A stretch of 64,000 bases of DNA, from positions 711,467 through 775,466 of the forward strand of contig CP170459.1 in the NCBI GenBank assembly GCA_047947115.1, read 5' to 3'. Made by a program: the position numbers and the translations under genes. Below the pieces are notes generated by a model. The model saw only the letters and a list, made by a program, of their open reading frames with translations, was not told the origin of the DNA and ran no database searches. Within the stretch, counting starts at the first letter, position 1. Each line of letters opens with the position of its first letter. Positions 21,145 to 29,596 of this stretch are shown here, in pieces. Origin of the DNA: Verrucomicrobiota bacterium (GTDB lineage: Bacteria > Verrucomicrobiota > Verrucomicrobiia > Limisphaerales > AAA164-E04).

Positions 21145-22506
21145 ATGAGCATACGCGTTCGATTTGCCCCGAGCCCGACCGGATACCTCCATATCGGAGG
21201 CGCCCGCACGGCATTGTTTAACTGGTTATACGCCCGGCACACCGGCGGAACATTCGTTTTACGCATCGAAGACACCGACGATGCACGTAATACCCAGGAG
21301 GCAGTGGACGTCATCCTTTCCAGCATGCGATGGTTGGGACTGGATTGGGATGAAGGCCCAACAACAGGCGACGCATCCGCAGCACCGAAGGGGGATCTCG
21401 GCCCGTATTTCCAATCACAACGTCGGGATATTTATCAATCCCACATCGACAAACTATTGGCGGCCGACAAAGCATATGAACAGGACGGCGCCATCAAATT
21501 CCGCATGACACGCGAACCTGTTATCATACCGGACATGGTCTGCGGGGATGTCAACCGCAAGCTCACCGACCGGGAAGAAGCCGATCCGGATTTCGTCATT
21601 GTGCGATCCGATGGCAAACCTGTTTTCCATCTCGTCAACGTCATCGACGATCTGGAGATGGGCATCACCCATGTGATACGCGGGGAAGATCACCTGTCCA
21701 ACACCTCCAAACACATCCAGCTTTTCAAAGCGCTCGGAGCAGAATGTCCGAAATACGCGCACATCCCCCTCATCCTGAACGGTGACGGATCCAAAATGAG
21801 CAAACGGGACCGTGGCGCATCCATGACCACCTATATGGAAGAAGGATTTGTTCCGGAAGCGGTGATCAACTACTTGTGCCTGCTGGGTTGGTCGCCCAAG
21901 GATGACCGGCAGAAAATGAATCTTCAGGAAGTAGTTGATATCTTCGACCTGCCCCAGATCCTGCGACACAACGCCCGCTTCGACATGGAGAAGCTCGTTT
22001 CCCTGAATGGACAGTATCTGGCTGAACTCGATTCCGAAACATATCGAACCCTGGCGGAGAACTCCCTAAAGCAGTCTGGCATCACGTTGGAATCCTTCCC
22101 GACAGAATATGTTCAGGCAGCCATTGACTCGACCGCAGGCAAACTCAAGCAAGTATCGGAAATCAAGGATTACGCCGTCTTTTATTTTCAGAACCCCGAA
22201 GAAGTCGAATGGGATGCCGAAGCCAGCGCCAAATTACTGGTGATGGAAAACCACGCTCCAATCTCCGCTTTGAGGGATGCCTTTGACGCAGTGGAACCGT
22301 TCAATGCGGAAAGCGTGCAAGGAGCCTTCAAATCCACAGCCAAAGAACTCGGGGTGAAAGTCGGGGCATTGGTCAATCCCGTTCGACTTGCCTGCACCGG
22401 AAAAACCACGGGGCCGAGTCTCTATCATTTGATAGAAATCCTTGGCAAGGATCGAGTGATCGGCGATATAAACAAAGCACTCGACCGAATGCAGGGAAAC
22501 GCTTAA
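21145..22506 (+). CDS. gltX: Glutamate--tRNA ligase
   Basis: RFAPSPTGYLHIGG, RIEDTD, HVIRGEDH, KMSKR. Confidence 0.95.
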   Translation: MSIRVRFAPSPTGYLHIGGARTALFNWLYARHTGGTFVLRIEDTDDARNTQEAVDVILSSMRWLGLDWDEGPTTGDASAAPKGDLGPYFQSQRRDIYQSHIDKLLAADKAYEQDGAIKFRMTREPVIIPDMVCGDVNRKLTDREEADPDFVIVRSDGKPVFHLVNVIDDLEMGITHVIRGEDHLSNTSKHIQLFKALGAECPKYAHIPLILNGDGSKMSKRDRGASMTTYMEEGFVPEAVINYLCLLGWSPKDDRQKMNLQEVVDIFDLPQILRHNARFDMEKLVSLNGQYLAELDSETYRTLAENSLKQSGITLESFPTEYVQAAIDSTAGKLKQVSEIKDYAVFYFQNPEEVEWDAEASAKLLVMENHAPISALRDAFDAVEPFNAESVQGAFKSTAKELGVKVGALVNPVRLACTGKTTGPSLYHLIEILGKDRVIGDINKALDRMQGNA

Positions 22507-22541
22507 TTCTATTGAAGAATCCAAGAGTCACGCCCACACCT

Positions 22542-22910
22542 ATGAAAGCACTCAGAGTTTACGAATACAAAAATTGTGGCACCTGTCGTAAAGCATTGAA
22601 GTATCTGGACGAACAAGGCGTCACCTACGAGCGCATCGCCATCCGGGAACAACCACCGACCATCGCGGAACTGAAGAAGATGCTTAAAGCCTTGAACGGT
22701 GAACTCAAACGCATGTTCAACACCTCGGGCGGAGACTATAAATCCATGAACATGAAAGATCGCCTCCCCACCTTGACCGATACCGAAGCTCTGGAACTGC
22801 TGGCCGCCAACGGCAATCTCATCAAACGTCCCTTTGTCATTCAGGAGAACGATGGATTGATCGGATTCAAGGAAAACGAATGGGATGCCTTTCTGGAACG
22901 TCAAAGCTGA
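22542..22910 (+). CDS. ArsC/Spx-MgsR family protein
   Basis: YKNCGTCRKA, LIKRPF. Confidence 0.9.
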   Translation: MKALRVYEYKNCGTCRKALKYLDEQGVTYERIAIREQPPTIAELKKMLKALNGELKRMFNTSGGDYKSMNMKDRLPTLTDTEALELLAANGNLIKRPFVIQENDGLIGFKENEWDAFLERQS

Positions 22911-22925
22911 TTCTATCGAAAACAT

Positions 22926-24200
22926 ATGAAATACATTTCCTGCATCCATCATTTGCTGGTCGCCGCAGCCATCACGCTTGCCACTCAACTACCTTACAAC
23001 ACACTCGCCGAAGATTACCTTTGGCCGGAATTCAGAGGCCCCGGCAAGCAAGGCCACGCATCCGCCAGGAATGTTCCGACAGAGTGGAGCAACACCAAGA
23101 ACCTGGATTGGAAAATCAAAACCGGCCTGGGCGGATGGGCATCTCCCGTTGTTTCCCATGAGAACATTATCTTGGCAGGTTCCAAAGAAGAAGGCGACCA
23201 ACTGACACTTCACATCGCCTCATTCAAACTCAGCGATGGATCATTGAATTGGGAAAAGCAGGTCTTTGCGCCCTCAGCGGATATCGTCAAACAACGCCAC
23301 TCCAAAAACAGCCACGCAAGCTGCACTCCAATACTTGCCGACGGGAAAATCTACGCCCACTTCGGTCATTTCGGAACCTGTGCGCTGGACCTGGAAACCG
23401 GAAACATCCTCTGGAAAAAGGTCATCGAATACAAACCGGTTCACGGAAACGGAGGTTCCCCCGCCCTGGTCGAGGGACTCCTTGTGTTCAGCGTGGACGG
23501 AAACAGCGACCCGGCTGTCTACGCCCTCAACGCCGACACAGGCGACATCGCATGGAAAACCCCCAGGCACTCCAGTGCTTCCAGGAAGTTTTCTTTTTCG
23601 ACACCTCTGATTGTTGAGGTCAACGGTCAAAAACAAATCATCAGCCCGGGCAGCGGCATGGTGGGAGCTTACGCAGTCAAAGACGGAAACCTGATCTGGC
23701 AGGTCCAGTACGGGGAAGGTTACTCCGTCATCCCCCGTCCGATTCTCCATAATCAAAAACTTTTCATCGGCACGGGATACAACAAACCCAACTTGCTGGC
23801 CATCCGGCTCACCGAACAAACCGGTGACTTGACCGACACCCACATCGCATGGGAAACCGACAAGTCAGCCCCCCACACCCCGTCCATGATTGCCGTGAAC
23901 GGCGGACTCTACTTCATTTCAGACAATGGCATCCTGACCTGTGCCGACCCGGACACCGGAGACGTGCACTGGAGCGAGCGAGTTCGGGGCAACTATAGCG
24001 CTTCCCCCGTTGCTGTGGACAACCATATCTACTTCATCAGCGAATCCGGGAAAGTCACAATCATAGAAGCCAATACCCAAGCCTACACAGTGGTCGCAGA
24101 AAACGACCTCGAAGAGCGCACACTGGCGTCACCTGCCGTATGGGATGACACTCTCCTCATAAGAACCCAGGAATACCTTTGGAAAATCACGAAGCATTGA
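22926..24200 (+). CDS. Secreted PQQ-like beta-propeller protein
   Basis: Signal peptide, WPEFRGP, repeated G-x-x-x-W motifs, SASPV, LLIRT...LWKI. Confidence 0.85.
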   Translation: MKYISCIHHLLVAAAITLATQLPYNTLAEDYLWPEFRGPGKQGHASARNVPTEWSNTKNLDWKIKTGLGGWASPVVSHENIILAGSKEEGDQLTLHIASFKLSDGSLNWEKQVFAPSADIVKQRHSKNSHASCTPILADGKIYAHFGHFGTCALDLETGNILWKKVIEYKPVHGNGGSPALVEGLLVFSVDGNSDPAVYALNADTGDIAWKTPRHSSASRKFSFSTPLIVEVNGQKQIISPGSGMVGAYAVKDGNLIWQVQYGEGYSVIPRPILHNQKLFIGTGYNKPNLLAIRLTEQTGDLTDTHIAWETDKSAPHTPSMIAVNGGLYFISDNGILTCADPDTGDVHWSERVRGNYSASPVAVDNHIYFISESGKVTIIEANTQAYTVVAENDLEERTLASPAVWDDTLLIRTQEYLWKITKH

Positions 24201-24451
24201 AGGCCAGTTAAAAAGCAATAAAAATCAAGAAGAACATTTAACTTGTCGCGTACTTCATGAAGTGTCGACGAATGAATCCTTCCGACAAATTCAATTCTTC
24301 GAACATTCCAATCCAGATTGTTGATCTGATCAGATAAAACAACGCCAGCTATATCTCGGTGAGAGTAAGCGGTGTACCGGAGTCCCCCTGAATGATACTG
24401 TCAATTCAGATGGGATTGTTTAATTTGGAGGGTTCGCTTACCGGTTTGTGG

Positions 24452-25015
24452 TCAAGCGGCTCTGGATGTGGCTTTCAGCAGCCCGTTTCGGACGGCCCAT
24501 TTCATTGGTGTCCATTCATCAATTTCCTGATTTGTCAGGGTGGGCAAATGCTCGAGAACATCACGAAGGTAGGCTGATGGTTCAACGTCGATCATCCGGC
24601 AACTTTGAACCAGGGTGTATACAACGGCTGAGCAGTGTCCCGAGTCTTTGCTCCCCATGAACAACCAATTCTTTTTCCACAACTGAGGTTCCGCTTTGAC
24701 CTCTTCGGGAATGAGAAGTTCTTCTTCCACAGGCAAGTTATCTGGGACTTGCATCCTGGTCTTTCGTTGCCTCTTTCTGCTTGTTCTGGCAGGAGGTTCC
24801 TCCGCTTCTTCCTGTGCCTCCTCTTGAGCTTGCTCAAGACCACTGAGTAAAAGTTGCAATTGATCCGGACTAAGTTTCTCAGTCTTCTTTCCGAAATAAC
24901 GTTTAGCCAGAGCGTCTAGCTTTTGGCGCAGGAAGGCATTTTCGACGGTCAAGGAGGCGACGGAGCGACGCAATTTTTCATTCTCAGCTTTGAGTTGATC
25001 CCGTGCATCGCTCAC
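24452..25015 (-). pseudogene. tnpC: IS66 TnpC with in-frame internal deletion (leucine-zipper N-terminus joined to C-terminal domain)
   Basis: N-terminal LRQKLDALAKRYFGKKTEK joined at WKK/NWLFMGS to SAVVYTLVQSCRMIDVEPSAYLRDVL; only 187 aa, DDE core absent. Confidence 0.85.
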
Positions 25016-25078
25016 GAGAAAGAAGGTAAAATAAATGGTTTTTTATATCAAGTAATATACTATTAAAAGTGAGGGTTT

Positions 25079-25429
25079 TTAACGCTCATACCAGGCACGC
25101 ATGGTTGCCTGTTTCAGATCAACGCCATCCATTAACAGTTGCAACGCCTCAGGCACCAGCTGCATTTTCCTCGGATTGGCCCCCGTGCTCAATGGCCAGG
25201 AAAATTTTCCTTTCTCCAGCCGCTTGGCCATGACCCACAATCCGGTTCCATCAAAGTAAAGCAACTTGATTCGATTGCGTTTACGATTGGAGAACACAAA
25301 CAGCGCCCCATCAAGAGGGTTTTCTTCCAACTGATTTTGGGCCAAAGCAAATAGACCATTGAATCCGCGACGCATATCGCAAAGTTCAATCGCCAGAAAG
25401 ATCTTCAACCCAGCATGGAAACTTAACAT
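25079..25429 (-). CDS. tnpB: IS66 accessory protein TnpB
   Basis: DMRRGFNGL, LFVFSNRKRNRIKLLYFDGTGLWVMAKRLEKGKF. Confidence 0.93.
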   Translation of the reverse strand: MLSFHAGLKIFLAIELCDMRRGFNGLFALAQNQLEENPLDGALFVFSNRKRNRIKLLYFDGTGLWVMAKRLEKGKFSWPLSTGANPRKMQLVPEALQLLMDGVDLKQATMRAWYER

Positions 25430-25785
25430 GAGGCTTGAGCATAGGCTTGAACCAGATCCAATGCCCATTGAATCTGATTGGGGTGGTAAATCTCAATCGA
25501 ACAATCATACGGCAATCGAATGATCATTGGCGACTGAGCAGAGCCATTCATCTGGATCTTGAAAAAACCATCCGTTGACCCAACGGTTTTTTGCTTCTTA
25601 GTTGGAGAAACCCCCAGCCATTTGATCAACGTATCGCGTGTGACCGTTTTATCGAGACAATACCGATAAGGACTCAATCCGCTTTTATGAAAGTCCTTGA
25701 GGATTTCCTCCCGCTCATGTTGTGAGTAGCGCTTTGCGCATGTAGGGGATTTTTTGGCTGGGGCCTGTATTGATGCTTGATCCAT
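25423..25785 (-). CDS. tnpA: IS66 accessory protein TnpA
   Basis: RYSQHEREEILKDFHKSGLSPYRYC...WL HTH-like segment; first ORF inside the IR. Confidence 0.7.
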   Translation of the reverse strand: MDQASIQAPAKKSPTCAKRYSQHEREEILKDFHKSGLSPYRYCLDKTVTRDTLIKWLGVSPTKKQKTVGSTDGFFKIQMNGSAQSPMIIRLPYDCSIEIYHPNQIQWALDLVQAYAQASC

Positions 25786-25926
25786 GCTTGGGAGTATTAC
25801 CCTGATGGAAGCCTTTGACCAGTAGGTCGCCGGTACACCGCTTACGTTTTTTTGCCTTTTTTGATCTGAAGATGTACACACCACTTGTGTGATAGGTCTG
25901 CTTGTTAGTGAAAATCTATACCGAGC

Positions 25927-27384
25927 TTAAGCCGCTTTGGCTTTTTGCTCCGCAGCTTGCCGTTGTTTCTCTATCAAGGCTCGCCCGATACGATGCAAAT
26001 TGTAAGCCAGCACCCCAAACCCAACATATCGTTTGTACCCTGATAGCCCTTTGTCTGGGCATCGGTTCAGTCCGTGATGCTCCAGTTCATTGATGTTGCT
26101 TTCAATGGCTGCATGTCGTCGCTTGAGTCTTTTAAAGGAGCTGCTGGTTTCACGTTCCTCTTCGACTTTATTGCGTCTTCCTTTTTTGGGCATCACTACC
26201 TCCGGGATCTGCAGCTTCAAATCCTCTAGTTTACTCATGTCACTGAACCCTTTGTCCATGCTCAGCGAATGGATGTTTCCTTCTCCAAAACGATTTACCA
26301 GTCGCAATACCAACGGTTCGAGTTCCTGATTGTCCGTGGTCTTTTCCATGACTTTGTAATCCAATATCAGTCCGTGCTGATCAGTGCTTACTAGGACTTT
26401 GTGTCCCAGTTCAACGGAGGGACGCATCTTGCCCTTGGCGATCCATTCAGTATGGGGTTCGAAGAGCGAAAACACTTTTTCCTCGTGTGGAATAGTCTCT
26501 TCTTTCACGATTCGGCGTTCAACCAAATCAATATGCTTCTCAAGCATTAAGGCAAAATAGCGGATTTTTTCGAGGCAGAGAAAGTGCGTTGGATCCTGGC
26601 AGACTTTATCCACTCGCCCAATATCTTCAGAGACTTTTGCTCCAAGTTCCTTTGCTTTGCGAAGGTAATTTTTCGCGGCTTTTTCCTGACGCTGATGTCG
26701 ATTCTTGCCACCGCGACTAGACTGCTGAAGCTGGCGCATCAAGCCCTTGATGGTTGTTTTCCAATTTTTGGCTTTACGCCATCCCTCAAGGCCAACCTCC
26801 CGGGCAAGCCAACTCAGTAAGTCGATGCTTTTGCGTGCCGCATCCCACAACAGATTAATATCGGTTGGAAAGTGCACATTGGTCTCAAGAACGTAGCTAT
26901 CGGTTTTAACGAGGATTTTTTCGGCGACGTTTTTTTTTAGTTCCTTGCGTCCGTGCAAAACCACGATTTCATTGATTTGCCCCAGAAGTTGCTCGTCCAC
27001 ATGACAAACATTTTCACTGAGAGTTTTGTGGTGAAAATTTTCCCCACCGGAGGCCACAACGGGCAATCCCATAATCTGTCGCACCAATGAATGGTGATTG
27101 GCCATATCCTCAAGCCGGTCATAGTCGCAATCCAAAGACATTCGACACACACCCAAAACCAGAATTTGCCACAAATCCATTCAGGGGCGACCGGTGTGCT
27201 TCTTGTTTCCGATTACCTTTTGTTCCAGCAATTCGAAAACCTGTTCGTTGATTTCAGGTGTTGAAAAGATCCACTGCAGCCCAGCCAAAGTAGGAGGGAG
27301 CTCATCGCGACTTTTTAACGGGATGGAAACGAGTTCAATAGGTGTTTGACCCAAATTAAGCTGAGCTTCAAATCGCTTGCGCAT
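25927..27384 (-). pseudogene. ISNCY/IS5-like DDE transposase with in-frame TGA at 27181-27183
   Basis: MRKRFEAQL...TGRP*MDLWQILVLG reads through in one frame; KTDSYVLETNVHFPTD, DKGF, RHAAIESNINELEHHGL. Confidence 0.85.
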
Positions 27385-27527
27385 GGGGCATAACACTACC
27401 ACTGCAGAGTGATTTTTACGACGAATATCAGAGAGAAAATCTCATTTTTTCAACAATTTGAATGACAACGTTCCGGGATTCGTTCTCAGAAAACTTCGGA
27501 ATCCCTTTGCTGACTTGATCATTCTAG

Positions 27528-27544
27528 TTTTCAGTCAGGCACTA
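27528..27544 (-). repeat. Probable left terminal sequence of the ISNCY-like element (TAGTGCCTGACTGAAAA on -), abutting the broken attC4
   Basis: attC homology stops exactly here; partner end not found near 25850-25926. Confidence 0.55.
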
Positions 27545-27619
27545 GTTAATGGTTCAAATTTCATCATACGCTACAAATCACAGCGGCGGTGGCCAGTTGC
27601 CTACACCGTTCTGTTCGCA
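27545..27619 (-). repeat. attC4, truncated (R'' and L'' half only)
   Basis: TGCGAAC-agaac-GGTGTAGGC-aactggccaccgcc... matches the other attC copies until interrupted by the IS end. Confidence 0.85.
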
Positions 27620-27911
27620 CTATATCCGTTGGTTTCCATAGCGCGGATGCCTGCCATGATGCCTTATACGACAACAATTCGAATACCTTCGCTCAACACC
27701 CGATAAAGAAAATGGTATGGAAAACGTTTTAGATTGGCTCGGCGGCGTCCCTGATCAACTTGATGAAACCTTAGTGGCGCATTGGCAGCAGCTTCAATCA
27801 CTGTTATCAATTCCTCCAAAATGCATCTCCTAATCGAGGTGAGATGTTATCGTAATGCCGGAGAATCCGTCTGACTTCCCGCTGAACCGTGGGATGATAC
27901 TCCACTCTCAT
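27620..27911 (-). pseudogene. RelE/ParE-family toxin of cassette 4, inactivated
   Basis: Reconstructed MRVEYHPTVQREVRRILRHYDNISPRLGDAF..ELITVIE...RRANLKRFPYHFLYRV...VVVRHHGRHPRYG needs one base restored near 27815 and 2 bases removed near 27666; ATGA overlap with antitoxin. Confidence 0.8.
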
Positions 27912-28126
27912 CGCCCGCGCTCTTCCTGAACACGGCGTACGAATTCTTCGTGAAGCATTGGTTCAACAGCCCCGCTTTCCATCTCTGCCTCACGCCTATC
28001 CACCTCATCATCTGTGACCATACTATCCGGCGCACCGAGAGTTTCGATGAGAGAAACGACCAAAGTGGCACGCTCCGGAGCGTTTAATCCATGAGCTTCC
28101 CGCTCAATGTCCTGTAGGGTCATCAC
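27908..28126 (-). CDS. Addiction-module antitoxin (TIGR02574-like), cassette 4
   Basis: IEREAHGLNAPERATLVVSLIETL...DEVDRREAEMESG. Confidence 0.8.
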   Translation of the reverse strand: MMTLQDIEREAHGLNAPERATLVVSLIETLGAPDSMVTDDEVDRREAEMESGAVEPMLHEEFVRRVQEERGR

Positions 28127-28129
28127 ACA

Positions 28130-28158
28130 AGAATAACTTCATCGACCACCGCATGCAA
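28130..28158 (-). promoter_or_regulatory. Sigma70-like promoter internal to TA cassette
   Basis: TTGCAT-17 bp-TATTCT on - strand, ending 6 bp before the ATG at 28123. Confidence 0.6.
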
Positions 28159-28175
28159 TACTTGTGTCATGTCCG

Positions 28176-28296
28176 AGCAAACGTCGAGACGCTGGCCTGT
28201 AAGCCGACCTGACGATTCTCAGTTAAAGGTTCAAATTTCATCACACGCTCCAAATCACAGCGGCGGTGGCCAGTTGCCTGCACCGTCCTGGTAGGA
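28176..28296 (-). repeat. attC3 (121 bp; 5-bp deletion in L' region)
   Basis: R'' TCCTACC ... R' GTTTGCT; GCCTGACCTCGAC of the other copies is reduced to GTCTCGAC. Confidence 0.88.
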
Positions 28297-28299
28297 TAC

Positions 28300-28686
28300 C
28301 TAAGGATACTTCTCCAGCCAAGCGTCTGAATCATCTCCCAAATCCTCTGGGGCAATCTTCCGCAAATGATCGATGATGTCCCGGACAACATGAGCTCGAG
28401 CTGCTTCGACCATGTCATCCAACTTGGAATCTGGGACCAGTGTGCTGCCCGATGGGTAATACCCAATAGTGCCACGCATCTGGCCAACTGCCTCACTCGG
28501 ATCAGTGGTCTCAAGTGCGGACTCTCTCATCACTTCGAATATAGTAACGTAACTGTGAGCGAGTCCGAGTCGAACATGTTGAATACCGTAATCCACAAAA
28601 AACCAAGCGGACAGGATAGCGAATAATACAGCGACAACCACTGATGGAACCAAACGTATACGTTTCACGTGTTCTGGTTCCGTCAT
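28300..28686 (-). CDS. Integron cassette 3: hypothetical protein with one N-terminal TM helix
   Basis: ORF fills the space between attC2 and attC3; hydrophobic VVVAVLFAILSAWFFV. Confidence 0.7.
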   Translation of the reverse strand: MTEPEHVKRIRLVPSVVVAVLFAILSAWFFVDYGIQHVRLGLAHSYVTIFEVMRESALETTDPSEAVGQMRGTIGYYPSGSTLVPDSKLDDMVEAARAHVVRDIIDHLRKIAPEDLGDDSDAWLEKYP

Positions 28687-28694
28687 GTTCTGGA

Positions 28695-28820
28695 TCCTAC
28701 CGTCGAGGTCAGGCGCTGGCCTGTAAGCCGACCTGACAATACTCGGTTAAAGGATCAAATTTCATCATATGCTCCGAATCAAAGCGGCGGTGGCCAGTTG
28801 CCTGCACCGCCCTGGTAGGC
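28695..28820 (-). repeat. attC2 (126 bp)
   Basis: R'' GCCTACC, L'' GGTGCAGGC with extrahelical G versus L' GCCTGACC, R' GGTAGGA. Confidence 0.9.
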
Positions 28821-28833
28821 GATAAAGAGCAAT

Positions 28834-29166
28834 CTAACTCTCCATGGTCCGTCTTGCATTCTCTTTCAAGTGCAGTATACGTATCACAGTGCCCCGCGCA
28901 ATAACTCGAACGCCCTCTCGAATCTCAAACTCTGTACCAACTTCAAGGTGGTCGACGTGTGCGTGAGGACTCAAGAATCGAAACAAAGTCCTCGCAGTAT
29001 CGCCCGGTCGAACGCAATCTCTTCCAAGATACTCCTGATCTGCATCCCAATTCTCTCCCTTGTAATAAAACTGCCCCCTATATCCTGTATGCACTGGTCT
29101 GGATCTACCACCGTCCTCGGTGGATAGAAATGATACCTCTGCCTCAATGTCTGGTGGAAATTTCAA
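28834..29166 (-). CDS. Integron cassette 2: stand-alone EF-Tu domain III-like protein
   Basis: IEAEVSFLSTEDGGRSRPVHTGYRGQFYY...VRPGD...FEIREGVRVIARGTV parallels the EF-Tu C-terminal barrel. Confidence 0.8.
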   Translation of the reverse strand: MKFPPDIEAEVSFLSTEDGGRSRPVHTGYRGQFYYKGENWDADQEYLGRDCVRPGDTARTLFRFLSPHAHVDHLEVGTEFEIREGVRVIARGTVIRILHLKENARRTMES

Positions 29167-29169
29167 GTG

Positions 29170-29295
29170 GCCTACCGTATAGGTCAGGCGCTGGCCTGTA
29201 AGCCGACCGGACGATACTCAGTTAAAGGTTCAAATTTCATCATACGCTCCGAATCACATCGGCGGTGGCCAGTTGCCTGCACCGCCTTGTTCGAC
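29170..29295 (-). repeat. attC1 (126 bp)
   Basis: R'' GTCGAAC, L''/L' pair as in attC2, R' GGTAGGC. Confidence 0.9.
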
Positions 29296-29299
29296 GATG

Positions 29300-29590
29300 T
29301 CACGCTCTCGTAATCACCCACTCCTCTGCACTCTTCCTGAAGTTGTCGGGTATGTTTTTCCACCTAGTCCCTGTAGAAAGTGTCAAATCTCCAACTGTAT
29401 CGACAATGTGCTTGAACCAATCCAGATAGCTCCACTCTCTGGGCTTGGGGGAATACAAGTATCGCCCCTTGGAGTCCCAGTGAACTTCGGTACCCTCACG
29501 ATAAATCATCGGGTAAGTGTTAGATGTCGGAGTAATGAGCAAGCGTCCCTGCTCGTCAATCGCTACCTCGGCTATGGGATCGGTATTCAC
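29300..29590 (-). CDS. Integron cassette 1: Hfx_Cass5-like hypothetical protein
   Basis: IAEVAIDEQGRL...PMIYRE..EVHWD...LYSPKPREWSYLDWF resembles, from memory, the integron-cassette family Hfx_Cass5. Confidence 0.6.
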   Translation of the reverse strand: MNTDPIAEVAIDEQGRLLITPTSNTYPMIYREGTEVHWDSKGRYLYSPKPREWSYLDWFKHIVDTVGDLTLSTGTRWKNIPDNFRKSAEEWVITRA

Positions 29591-29596
29591 TTTGTC

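Larger units (their letters stand above)
24365..25845 (-). mobile_element. IS66-family element, internally deleted (1481 bp)
   Basis: Perfect 16-bp terminal IRs GTAAGCGGTGTACCGG (24365-24380) and CCGGTACACCGCTTAC (25830-25845); tnpA-tnpB-truncated tnpC; flanks do not form a target duplication. Confidence 0.9.

Noticed and set aside
21145-22506. GltX lacking the zinc-binding insertion
   Set aside because: Short GltX variants are known and all catalytic motifs are present.
24200-24364. CAGTTAAA near 24205 as the missing half of attC4
   Set aside because: Only about 8 bp match and the conserved GCTGGCCTGTAAGCCG block is absent.
27181-27183. TGA read as Gly (alternative genetic code)
   Set aside because: Many intact genes in the window end in TGA, so a nonsense mutation is simpler.
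27545-29295. Regularly spaced repeats considered as a CRISPR array
   Set aside because: Repeats are about 126 bp imperfect hairpins separated by whole ORFs, next to intI; these are attC sites, and no cas genes are present.
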